The notes beneath the pieces were generated by a model. That model did no database searches. It was not told the DNA's origin and saw only the letters and a program-made list of their open reading frames with translations. Below, one piece after another: positions 36,723 to 48,533 of a stretch of DNA of 64,000 bases. The stretch comes from Sporopachydermia quercuum (Eukaryota). The translations under genes and the position numbers were made by a program. How positions within the stretch are numbered: the stretch's first letter is position 1; every line of letters starts with the position of its first letter. The stretch lies in assembly GCA_001599295.1 (NCBI GenBank), contig BCGN01000003.1, forward strand, positions 806,001 through 870,000. The letters run 5' to 3'.

Positions 36723-37531
36723 GTGGAATATATGATATCTTAGTGTATTCTTTTGATTGGTCGCCTTACAATTACGTAATACGCTTGGGATAATCTGCTG
36801 TGGTTGGCGTTGGTTCATGATGGAGAGAGTCAACTGTTTAAGCAGTTAGACAATCATGTGTTGGTTAATATTGCTTATAATGTTTTAATTAATCTTTTTT
36901 CCTTTCCATTAATATAAAAATAATGAAATACTAATAAGGTGATTGACAAAGGTGAAGTAGTTGTTTGACCTATGCATGAAACCTGCAAGATTATGCAAGT
37001 TAGCTTCAAGATTCCAAAGGGTTGAAAACGGTTGGTAATTGTTTGAGGTAGTTCCAATGTAAAGCTTAATGGTGACAACTGATTTGTCGTACTGTTTGTA
37101 GGCTATATATAAAGAATTTTTACTAAATCAGACTTCTACGATTCTTTATATCTTTAAATACTAGTTTTCACCACAAGGTGAACAGAAGCATGGAATTCAA
37201 ACTAAAACAATTGCCTGAGTCATGCAGAATATATGCAATAGATAACGTACAGTGAGATAACGTGACAAGGATATCTTGTATCTACTGCAATTCATAATTG
37301 TCATGCGTTAGATTTGGGGTTATATATAAAAGAGCCCAGATCTTTGAGATTCCAGCGAAATTCAGGTAAAGGAGCTATCCTATATGTGTATATATATTAT
37401 CACCAATTTTAAGAAAAATATCCTCATATTTCGGAATTCCTGACCTCTCCAAAGATCGCGATTTTTCATCAACTATAGGACATAAATATACAAATCGACA
37501 AAGGTGACATAAATCAATCATTCAAATAATA

Positions 37532-37541
37532 GTCACGTGAC
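37532..37541. promoter_or_regulatory. Perfect palindromic E-box GTCACGTGAC (Cbf1-type)
   Basis: Direct match in the long region upstream of the MDM36-like gene. Confidence 0.45.
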
Positions 37542-38490
37542 CTACTGTTTTTCCATCTAGCTCTCGCTTTCTTCTTGATAAGTTTGGCCATTGCCAAGGA
37601 CAAACAATTAGGTAACAGCTCAGTAAATATTTCACATCCATTTCATAACATCAAGGTCTCAATTTCCTCATCTTGGTGTACTAGCTGACAGGTTGATCAC
37701 GCTGATCACTCACTGCAGACACACATACTCTCTATCTTCCTGAAAGTTCAGCATTAAAATAACTTCAAATACCACCACTGGCTTACAATTTATCCCTTTG
37801 ATATTGTATGAACATCCTTATATCATATCTTCATGCATCTTCCTGTATAATCCTGCATAACATCACACAGTAGTAAAAGCAAATCAGGAGATTTCTTTAT
37901 CGAGACAAGGACTTACATTTTGCATTCATCAACTACCACTTATAAATCAACGCTTGTCAGAATAAACTTATCAACAAAGATCATAAGAATTGAAAAAATA
38001 TTCTATCGAAAGAATCATTGTCGTACGGTTGCGTTTTCATAATTGTCGAAAATTGTCGAAAACTCTTTACTTGCTATTTCATCTTCACTTGTGATCGCCC
38101 GTTCCGTACAGGGAATTTGATCCATCCATTGANTGTCGTAAAATGGTGGAACAAGCAAAAAGAATGGAAGATAAAGAAAGAACAGTTGACAGAACAAGGA
38201 TGAGCAATAGGAAAATAGTAAAATGATCTAATCACGTACAGGAATACTAATATAGTATGTATTCACTATTGTAAATTCATATTTTGTATTCATCTATATT
38301 AGCTTCACAAACCATCATATACATAAGTGATCTCAATCACAGTCAGTTCATATCAACAGTACATTTTTGCACCACCATCACGTCAATCCAATTTTTTACT
38401 TCCCATTTGAATCTCATCTTTTGACTACCTTTTACATATAAAATGAATGCATAATTTTTGTCGTTTATGAATAATATATCATCAACTTTT

Positions 38491-38529
38491 CATTTGTCTC
38501 ATTTGTCTCATTTGTCTCATTTGTCTCAT
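38491..38529. repeat. 9-bp tandem repeat (CATTTGTCT)x4
   Basis: Visible in the sequence. Confidence 0.95.
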
Positions 38530-39279
38530 GCTTTTCCTTCTTCTCTGCCAGCCTTGCTTATCCACAGTTCTTTCAGTACAGTACCCATTTCTGTGTCAGC
38601 CATTCAGAGAAAAAAAAGTCACATCGATTCACAGATTCACAGCTGATTGAATTGTCATTTACTTCTTTCTTTGTATGCGAAAAAAAGTATATTCTCGCAA
38701 AAGGAAGTAGAAAAGTAATAAGGAAACAAACTTGAAGGTAGAAGAGACAGTAGAAGACGTTTTAAGCGTATATCTGCATATTAGCATTGGTAATCTGCGG
38801 CGATACTGACCTAACAATCACTTGTCCAACGACTGAAGAAACATCAATAGAAGAAAGGAAAGAATATCTACTGGCTTTATGAAGATTTTGAATATTTTGA
38901 AGTTGATAGCTAGTTAATAATTCGATTTATATGAGCTGCAAGCTTGAAGTTTGAAGCTAGAGAGGAGTAAGGTATTATGGTGCTTTCTATCAATTGAATA
39001 GCTCTTTTCATTCATACTCTTCTATAGCATATATCCAACAAATTCATCAGCGATCCCAATTAGCAAGTGAAACAGAACATAGTAACAGAAAGAAGAAGCA
39101 ACAGAAGTAGTTAGGAATTAGGAAGAAGGCTTAAGTCATTACAAACTAGAAACGTCAAACTACATCTATTAATTGACCTTCTTATAATCCACAGATGATT
39201 AATGATTCACAGACCATCGACTACTTCAATTGTATATTTTCGCTGAACTCTGATAATATAATCCTGCATCTCTATACAA

Positions 39280-41154
39280 ATGTCGGAACCGTCAAACTCG
39301 CTAGTATCGCAAGATACTATTATAACTCTAGCAAAATCGCATGAACAAATCACCAACGATGAATTCAAGTCTCTAATCACAACATTTCCTCCTCATTTGT
39401 CTAAATCATGCCAATCTGCACATTTCATCCTTTCTAAGCTAGAATCTTTCAACAACGAATGTCAATCGTGGGAATTTTCCGTTTTAAGCCATTATGATTT
39501 TGAGCAAGCAAATGAAGCTAGAAGATTTGATTCTGACGTGGCTGATTTAGTATCGAAACAATGTACTAAAATGCTAAATGACCTTAGAGGCTTTTCAGCT
39601 TCTATTGAACAACTGAAAAGTACTGTGCTTGGAATGACTTCACATCTATCAGATCCTGCAACTCTACTCACATCTCTAGTGCTAAGAATAGTTTCATTGT
39701 TCAGTGAGGTAGAGACCTTGCTGCAGTTATCATTAAGCCGGGCGAATTTGATTAAAGTGAACAATGATTTGACAGCCTTAAGTGATCAACATAAAATGGC
39801 TGCTCAAAATGAAAATGCTCCCCATCAACCAATGTCACCTTTGGTGAAAGCATACAGATCGTTTGTTTCGAATTTAATGGATGAAATGGAAAATTCTAAT
39901 GATGAAGATTCCAGAAGTGAGATGATTTCAATAGCCAGTGATTTGAGAAAGATGTTCAACTCTTTCAGCGCCAATTCAGGTCTGAACAAGAAGCCTTCAG
40001 CTCAGAATTTGCATAGACCAAAGTCACCTGGCTTTGGCCCCAGCAGTTCTGGTTCGGATCAAGATGCCGACGGTTATTCCGACGCGGAGCATGATCCTGT
40101 TGGAGATAGAACACCATCACCCACTCAGTTCTTCGGTGAGAAACTAGATTCAATTCCTGAACACCATGAAACATCAAAACACCAGCAGAACCCGGAAACA
40201 CCTATACAATCAACTAGAAGATATAAATTCCCACCAAACAATCACATCCATAAGCATCATAACCATCAGCATAAATCGTCTGTGACATTCAAAAGTACCA
40301 ACAATAATAGCAATAACACAACATCAACATTAACAGACTCAGATGAGTTTGATGATACAGACTCGACATTCTCATCAACTTTCGTATCAACGCCAGTATC
40401 GTCAGTTGGGACCATCTCTGATTTACACACCCAAGGATCAAGCAAATATAAGAAGCATAAGCATACCCCTTCAACCTCTTCTTCTGTATCGTCATTTTTC
40501 TCAAGCAAAACACCATTGACGGATGAACTTCCGTATTTAGTACAAGCGTTTGAGCATCCGCATCAACATTTAGCATTATCGAATCCTCCTATAGCACCAG
40601 TGGCTCAGAAACTACCTGAGCTTCATATAAACAACATTTCATCACCAACGTTTATTGATAAAAAGCTATCAAATGCTCTTTCAATGTCAAATCTTCCTAT
40701 TACTATAACGCCAAAAGCGTCGCTTCCTTTGATTCCAAGACGTACCTATGCAGTGACGCTGCCTAATGGAACATCAGAGACGATTGGTGTTAGTTTGAAG
40801 AATAACCAGTTAGTAGTAAAGGAAGGAAATGAAGCTAAGGATATGAAGGAATGGATTGCTAATGTAGAAAAAATGGCTGAGAGTCAAAAGCAAAATTCTG
40901 TGGCTAAATCTGTAGTTAATTCAACAGCAACTAAGCCTCCTGTTGCGACTAAGTCAACGGCCCTTTCTACTTCTACTCATGTTTCTGGTAACACGAAATC
41001 AAGTTTGGTATCTTCTCTTCCTCTTTCAAGTTTCTTCAAAGGAGGCTCTACTGCTATTCCTAGACCAGCAATTAATCCCCAAACAGAGCCAAAGCTAGCT
41101 AAATCGGGCGAATTCCAGAATTTATACCGAGTCGCTATGGATAATTTTGATTAG
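39280..41154 (+). CDS. MDM36: Probable Mdm36-like mitochondrial distribution/fission protein (divergent)
   Basis: 624-aa ORF with a helical N-terminal half and Ser/Thr-rich tail. SRANLIKVNNDL, VKAYRSFV…DLRKMFNSF and TDELPYLVQAF resemble Mdm36 segments as I recall them; not searched. Confidence 0.55.
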   Translation: MSEPSNSLVSQDTIITLAKSHEQITNDEFKSLITTFPPHLSKSCQSAHFILSKLESFNNECQSWEFSVLSHYDFEQANEARRFDSDVADLVSKQCTKMLNDLRGFSASIEQLKSTVLGMTSHLSDPATLLTSLVLRIVSLFSEVETLLQLSLSRANLIKVNNDLTALSDQHKMAAQNENAPHQPMSPLVKAYRSFVSNLMDEMENSNDEDSRSEMISIASDLRKMFNSFSANSGLNKKPSAQNLHRPKSPGFGPSSSGSDQDADGYSDAEHDPVGDRTPSPTQFFGEKLDSIPEHHETSKHQQNPETPIQSTRRYKFPPNNHIHKHHNHQHKSSVTFKSTNNNSNNTTSTLTDSDEFDDTDSTFSSTFVSTPVSSVGTISDLHTQGSSKYKKHKHTPSTSSSVSSFFSSKTPLTDELPYLVQAFEHPHQHLALSNPPIAPVAQKLPELHINNISSPTFIDKKLSNALSMSNLPITITPKASLPLIPRRTYAVTLPNGTSETIGVSLKNNQLVVKEGNEAKDMKEWIANVEKMAESQKQNSVAKSVVNSTATKPPVATKSTALSTSTHVSGNTKSSLVSSLPLSSFFKGGSTAIPRPAINPQTEPKLAKSGEFQNLYRVAMDNFD

Positions 41155-41955
41155 AAGAGAAAACTGTGGCCTATTTTCGCTTCAACATAAGAGGGTTCCA
41201 GTTATTATCAGCCACTATGATTTTTAGAACATTTTCTTCATTAGGAGTGTCATTGGAATTGCTTTTTCAATTTAATGTATTACTAATCAACAGAAATAAT
41301 ATACAATAACAACATACACCGCACAAATATATGGATTACATTTTGAGAGTTGGCAGTCAAGCATTCAATTTCGGCTGTCTAGAAGGTTGGATCGGTAGAG
41401 TAATTAGTTTTACTCGTTCAGCTTGTGATCTGTGACTGTGGCGATCTATGGTCTTTATTACCAACTACTGTACGTTGCATTTAAGCTGGTGAACCTTTAC
41501 CAGTCTCTCAATGTTTCTTCCCGGTTTCTCTTTATGTTTCTCACTAGATAGGCTTATTATGGTGATAGCATGATATCAATTGATACGTGAATACTCAAAT
41601 ACTATTTAAGCTAATAGTAATCTATAGGTATTATACGACTAAGGCTATTGCAGGTACAACTCTGAATTTCTCAGATTCTTTCTCAGTTACTGTTTATTCA
41701 CCCATTCGCTGCTCAACTCCTACTGCTCATTACATTGTATATTATTTTCTTTATTAACTCACTACAAAATAATCAGGTACTTAATAACTTTTCAATATCC
41801 AATACCAATGTAAAGTAAAACTTATAAAGTAATCAGCTGATTGGCTCTCCTTTTATAATATTGATAGTAACAGTAAATCAAATGAGCTAATCAATCAATT
41901 AATTAATTTAAAAAATTAAATTGTTAGTTTACTATCTATCAACAATCCAAACTTT

Positions 41956-43685
41956 CTATGCAGCAAGCAGATCTTCATCCTTTGCTTCTCTCTCATAAAA
42001 AGCATCAAGAATCTTAGGAGAGATTCTATTAAGCATTTCCTTAGGATAAATACGTAATAAACTCCAAGCTTGATCTAATGATTCAAAAATGGTTCTATTT
42101 TCATAAGCACCTTGCGAAATGAAGGTTTTTTCAAACTTTTCCAAGAATTCCAATGATAATTTATCTTCAGTAGACAAAGCTTCTTCACCAACGACAGCTT
42201 TCATTGCAGCGGCATCTCTACCAATAGCATATTTAGCATACAATTGATTAGAAACATCGCCATGATCTTTTCTTGTCATACCTTCACCAATAGCACTCTT
42301 CATAAGACGAGACAAAGATGGTAGGACATTGATTGGTGGATAAATACCTCTATTATGTAATTGACGATCAATAGAAATCTGTCCTTCAGTAATATAACCA
42401 GTTAAATCAGGAATCGGATGGGTGATATCATCATTAGGCATTGTCAAGATAGGAATCTGAGTAATTGAACCATTACGACCTTCAACTCTACCTGCTCTTT
42501 CATAAATTGTTGATAAATCTGTATACATATAACCAGGGTAACCTCTTCTACCAGGGACTTCTTCTCTAGCAGCGGATACTTCACGAAGAGCATCAGCATA
42601 GGATGACATATCAGTTAAAATAGTGAGAACGTGTCGTTCTGTTTGGTAAGCCAAATATTCAGCTGTAGTTAAAGCAAGACGAGGAGTAATAATTCTTTCA
42701 ATAGTGGGATCATTCGCAAGATTAAGAAACAAAGAAGTTCTTTCTAATGAGCCATTTTCTTCGAAATCCTGCTTGAAGAAACGAGATGTTTCTAAATTTA
42801 CACCCATAGCTGCAAAGACAATGGAAAAGTTATCTTCATGACCATCGTGAACATCCTTGGTAGGTCTGACCAAACCAGCTTGACGACAGATTTGAGCAGC
42901 AATCTCGTTATGAGGTAAACCAGATGCAGAGAAAATAGGAATCTTTTGACCTCTGGCAATGGAATTCATGGTGTCAATAGCAGAAATACCAGTTGAGATC
43001 ATTTCTTCAGGATAAATACGGGCATAAGGATTGATAGGAGATCCATTGATATCTAAATAATCTTCTGCGAAGACTCTTGGGCCGTTATCAATAGGTCTAC
43101 CAGAACCATCGAAGATTCTACCTAATGCATCTTCAGAAACAGGGATTTTCAAGTTTTCACCAGTGAATTCAACTCTGGTTTTTTTTACATCAATACCTGA
43201 AGTACCTTCAAACACTTGGACAATAGCACGATCACCACGAACTTCTAGCACTTGGCCAGCACGAATAGTCCCATCTGGAAGAGTTAAGTTGACAATTTCA
43301 TTGTATCTTGGGAATTTGACGTTTTCTAAGATAACTAGAGGACCATTGACACCTCCAACAGTGTTGTAGTTGATTCTTGGTTTGACCTTCAAGCTTTCTG
43401 TTACAGCCTTCTTGTTCAGTTCGACTAGAAATTATGTTAGTAGTTGTATGGTTGTCTATAAGTATCGGTAGAGTTAAGTATGAATGAGATCAATTGGAAA
43501 TAGGATAGTTTTATAATTTTCTTTGATGGCTTTTTTGACTAGCATGCTTTTATTCGCTTCTATCTGTTTTTCCTCTGTTTCTTTCGTACTAATTATAGCT
43601 ACGCCCTATTAACCATACTTGCTACTGAATTCATAGTGCAATCATCAATCATCTACTTACACAGTTCTTTATCTGATAAAACCAT
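41956..43685 (-). CDS. VMA2: V-ATPase V1 subunit B; exons 43685-43661 and 43424-41956
   Basis: Highly conserved Vma2 sequence. Exon 1 is MVLSDKEL; intron 43660-43425 (GTAAGT…TACTAAC…CTAG). Confidence 0.98.
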
Positions 43686-45475
43686 TTTGAATACTTGTTA
43701 TTATCAATGACTCAATTAGCCTCTTTAACTTTTGAAATAATAACTAGTGTGCTGAATAAATTTTTAATTCTTCACTAATTATACTCCTAAGCACTTATTG
43801 ATATGTTTCGATGATTGTTTATGTGCAGTAGTTATGTAGCTCAAACTTCAAGAGTCAAATATATCTACTGACAAACCAAGCTAATCAATCAAAATTCGAC
43901 GACTAAACAGTTGGTTTTAGTATGCAATGATCAAAAGCTAATATCTGTCTTAGTTTGCTTCAATAGATAAGTAGTGCTCTATAGTAAGCTTTCAATGACC
44001 AGGCAATTGAATGAATGGTGTGAAAGTTGTCCCTATTTCAATTCGATTGGTCCCTTGTTGTTCAATCAAATCAAACAATGCAAAGCAGTACCTTTCTTCT
44101 ATTATTTTTCCGGAATTGATTGCGCAATGATTCCACTTTTCTTTCGATGGATGCCTCCTAGGAACGAATGGCCTTCTAATGATTGATGCAAGTTGTTGTA
44201 GTTGAATCCTTAGCCTTCAGAAGTCCATGGTATCTTTTTTGCCCAGTTTGGCTGGTAGGCGGTTTATTATCCGGACAAAGGAATAGGTTTTATTAGGGAT
44301 AATATGGGACAGGAAGAAAAGTGATGATATTTGGACAACATGGCTGCATCAGGTGTTTGTCCGGTATGGGATGGGAGGAGCGGTGGTGGTCTATTTGAGA
44401 GGTAAAAAAAGGGGAGCATATTGGGAGAGAGATAATATTAGATATTTGAAAGATTGTGTTTGAGATTCTGAGTTTTGATGCTAGTGTTGATCATGAAAAA
44501 TTGCTGTTGTGATGATTCAAAGCCCATTGAGTGTACGAGTTAACAGTGATATGCATAAACATGCACAATTTCCACTCTTTTGTCTAGGATGGTTTTCTCA
44601 TTGAACTTCAAGTCTCATGTCATAATACTCTAAGGTGCTGTAACGAAACTGTAGTAAAGACTGGAACGAGACCCTTCCTTCATCTCAAGGGTACCTAGTA
44701 CAAACAGGTGATAACCGAGATGTGGAGAAGGCCACACTGATATACAAATGAAAGAATCAACTGAATCAACTGAATATATTTAGCATTGTTGATCGAAAGT
44801 TCAATTGATCTTATTTAGCTGTTTGGCTGAATAGAGGTTTGAGACTAGTCTATTTGCTCCTTAATAGCGTACGTATTCCTATTGATGTCTCACGGAGCCA
44901 TTGCTTATCTCAAGAGCGCATTGCTCATCATCGTTTTACTTCAAATAGCGTTAACTAACAGAATGGAAACAATTTGCTCGACTTTTACATCCTAATAATA
45001 AAGCAACTAGCTGCTTGGTCGTATAATTATATTGGTTTTGTTTATTAGTTTAGAAAAATAGCAAAATCATTATAACCCCGTATACCATACGTATCTATCG
45101 AGAATACTTCTTGGTTTGATCCCAACAAAATACTGATATATATATTCAATGCGGATGCAGTCAGCCAATTCCCCACCGTTAGCTTTTTACAATTGTTATT
45201 AGTCCCAACGACTTTTTGAATGGACTGATTGATAAGCTTAATATGGAGTGATTCTCTCAAATACCCCGTAAATAGCAAGGATTGCTCAAATATTATCTCA
45301 CTGCTCAAGCATTACCAAGAACAATATAAAAGAAGAAAAAGAAGAAGAAGAACTGAAGCAAAACAAATTGTAATCAATAAGTTCTGCCTGAAAGATACAT
45401 ACCTGATTGATTTACGACTAACAAAGCGGTTTTCTTTTTTCTTTCCATGACTTTAAATGGTCCTGCGACCAGACC

Positions 45476-46675
45476 ATGGTATTCACAGTTTCCACGACAT
45501 TTAAAGCATTAGCAGCGGCGCCATGTATTCCATACGAAGATAAGGAAACAAATCTGGTTTTGGATCTTGCTTATATTCTTCCTCAACTAATAGCGTGCTC
45601 AGGCCCCAGAAGTGATTTCCCGAAAACGATTTACAGGAATACAGTAAGTGATATCCGTTTGTTTTTAGAAACACATCATGATAAAGATTGGAAGATTTGG
45701 AACTTAAGGGAAAATAGTCATGGTTATGACGATAAAGAATTTGATGGTAGAGTTGTTCATTTTCCTTATCCTGATCATAATGTCCCTAAGCTATCATTAA
45801 TCATGGAAATAGTGAATTCTTTGGATGAGTTTTTAGAAACGAGTCTGAAGTCCACAGCTCTAGTTCATTGTAAAGCAGGAAAAGGTCGCACTGGTACGAT
45901 TACTTGTTGCTATCTCATGTATAAGTACAAGATGCGATCACAAGATGCTATTGATCTTTTTACTATCAAAAGAATGAGGCCGGGATTTGGTGATGGTGTT
46001 TCCATTATGAGTCAAAGAAGATATATTCGTTATTTTGATATGTATCTAAATAACAAATTCCCAATTTACCCATTCATCTTTTCCAAGGATCTGAATCTAG
46101 ATTATAAGAATTTTGTTATGAATGACTACATGGCACGAGTTGACTTGATCAAAATCATAGGGAACAATTCAAGTGATAATTATAAGTTACGTATTGACGA
46201 GTATATTTCGCCTAATAACTCATCTGAAGCATATACCAAAGTGTATTCGCTCATTGATGGTGATTTGATCAAACAACATCAAGTAGGAGCTTTTGATGAT
46301 GGAAATGAAGAAAGAGTAGATGTATACAAACCCAAGAAAAGTGCCCAGAAATCTTTATATCTGCATACAGATTTTAAAGTGACTTGTTATCAAGATATTA
46401 TGGGTCCTTTTGGTACTAAGTTCATCACTTCAACTGCATATTTTTGGTGTAATATTCCCCTTGAAACAGCCAGGTATGTTCAGAAACAAAATATTAGAAG
46501 ACGAATAAGTCAGGAAGATTTTGTTGTCAACAATTCAACAATGGATTCTTTGAAACTGAAGGCAAAATACAAAATATACTGGCATCAGATGGATGGTTTC
46601 AAAGGAACCAGTACTAAAGGCTTAAAGCTATTCGACTCTGTGGAGATAGTTTGGACATTATTCAAGCCAGTGTAA
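45476..46675 (+). CDS. TEP1: PTEN-like phosphoinositide 3-phosphatase
   Basis: LDLAYI, YRN, FPYPDH, P-loop HCKAGKGRTG, RMRPGFG.GVSI.SQ.RY, DGFKGT. Confidence 0.92.
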   Translation: MVFTVSTTFKALAAAPCIPYEDKETNLVLDLAYILPQLIACSGPRSDFPKTIYRNTVSDIRLFLETHHDKDWKIWNLRENSHGYDDKEFDGRVVHFPYPDHNVPKLSLIMEIVNSLDEFLETSLKSTALVHCKAGKGRTGTITCCYLMYKYKMRSQDAIDLFTIKRMRPGFGDGVSIMSQRRYIRYFDMYLNNKFPIYPFIFSKDLNLDYKNFVMNDYMARVDLIKIIGNNSSDNYKLRIDEYISPNNSSEAYTKVYSLIDGDLIKQHQVGAFDDGNEERVDVYKPKKSAQKSLYLHTDFKVTCYQDIMGPFGTKFITSTAYFWCNIPLETARYVQKQNIRRRISQEDFVVNNSTMDSLKLKAKYKIYWHQMDGFKGTSTKGLKLFDSVEIVWTLFKPV

Positions 46676-46946
46676 ACACATAATTCTACTTAGCGCTGGG
46701 TTATCACTTCTTTGTTTGATTAATCTCATTCACAAGAGCCTGTCTTTATTATGCATTTATATAAGCTAGATAGATAATCGATCTAAATTAATCAACATTT
46801 ACACTTTGATTACAACAGTTGCAATTATTTGTCTTATCACCTAGTTGCTTATTTCATTCTTTCTTTTCTCGCTTTTTATCTTGTTCTGACCCTTCATTTT
46901 TTTTTGTTTTCATTTCCTTACCGTAGATTACAGCCAATTATTAGAT

Positions 46947-47681
46947 TTATCCACCTTTTCTTTCTTCCGCAGCATTGACTGTTGATGCCATTTTCTTTCT
47001 GGCACCATCAACGATCTTCTTAACTAGTTGCAAAGCATGTGATTCTGGATTTTTAGCAAAACATGACGAGGCAATGTAAGGAGGGTCCACTCTTACTTCA
47101 TCTAATACTATTATAGATTTTTTGTGCCATCGAGTTTGAGGGAGCCTAAGTAAAAGAACAATAAGGTTAGCTGCTACAAATTTTCGGCATATGTTCAGTG
47201 TGAAGACAATCAATTTACCAGGCAAAACGGTTGACCAAATACTTACGTTTTGAAAATTGCATCGAATACTATTTGAGCTTCGGATGTCACATCGATACCT
47301 TTTCGTTGGATCTGCTCACGAGCCGCATTCACACCTTGTGCTTCCCTCTTTGTTATTTGACTTATTGAAACATATCCTATGTCTGGCACTCCAGAAAGCT
47401 CTCTTTTTTTACGATCTAATACCTTGATACTTCTTAGAAACTTGTGCTTAATCAGTTGGAAATTGAACGAAGATTTTTCATCCGGCTCAATAAGTACTGT
47501 GATTGAATTGGTAATAGTATCATAAGCATAGATGCGACCAGTTATCTCATTGTCCAATATTGTCGTCAGTTTGACCCTATGAAACAGGTTAGTACTTTAC
47601 ATTACACATCTTTCAAGCAGGATATTCTTCAATACAATAAAATGCTTACTTCACCCCGACTAGATTCTCCAAATTTGACAT
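46947..47681 (-). CDS. LSM12: Lsm12 (LSM plus anticodon-binding domain); exons 47681-47650, 47576-47247, 47145-46947
   Basis: Introns 47649-47577 and 47246-47146 join MSNLENLVGVK|VKLTTILD…GRIYAYD…AQIVFDAIFKT|LPQTRW…IIVLDEVRVDPPY…RKGG*. Confidence 0.88.
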
Positions 47682-48533
47682 GATTCTTTCTCTTCTCTAA
47701 TGTGAGTCCCAACCCAATTGAACTCTATGCTACACGTCTATATTCCAATCAACTCTACAATCAGAATCGCATCTTCGACGCAAGCACTAATAAATAATTG
47801 TGATTCAATTATTCTGCTTCCACCTACTAATGACTCTTAGTTATCAGATAAAAGAGAATCTAGGTACGTTTCTAATAACAAGTTTTCTGATCTTTCTTCT
47901 CCTCTACTGCATTATTTATTATCTGTTCCAATCAATCAACTGTTTTAATACCCTCTCTATATCTTGCATTTGTACTANTTGATTGAATTCCCTAATCGTT
48001 AAGTGGAGTTCTTTAAATCAAACTTAGTTTAATCCACAAACGGAAGTAAGTTGCTTACCCGGCCAAGGTGAAATTTTGGGTAAATTCTGGTTTTTTTTCT
48101 TTTTTTTTCTTTCTGATTTTGTAAGTTAATATGCACATAAAAGAAATGGTGCAGAATTGTACATTACTTTTGCAGATTGAAAACTGATGAAAACAAATAG
48201 GAAGAATGGTACTTGATTGAATTGTTGATAGCTTCATCTACATCATTTACTGACTATCTAGCACTTTTACCGCTGAGCTGAGAACTGTTGAATGGAAGAT
48301 CAGTGTTTATTCAGTGATATGCTGATTTGATTGACGATTTGACTTGAAGACTTAGAACCCCTGCCTTATCGAGAGCATGATTGAGCAGCTCTCTCCTTTG
48401 TTATGTCACAAGGGCGAAAGTGATCCATCTATTCATAGCTACAATAATCCAAAGTGCAATACAGCGGCTGTCTTTGATAGGGTTGTGAATAGGAAAGCAC
48501 TTCAGAATACACATCACCAATTCAGTTGGCCCA

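Noticed and set aside
44271..44364. Inverted repeat CCGGACAAA/TTTGTCCGG around a GTGATGA
   Set aside because: A single short stem with no nearby D box or guide; not enough for an ncRNA call.
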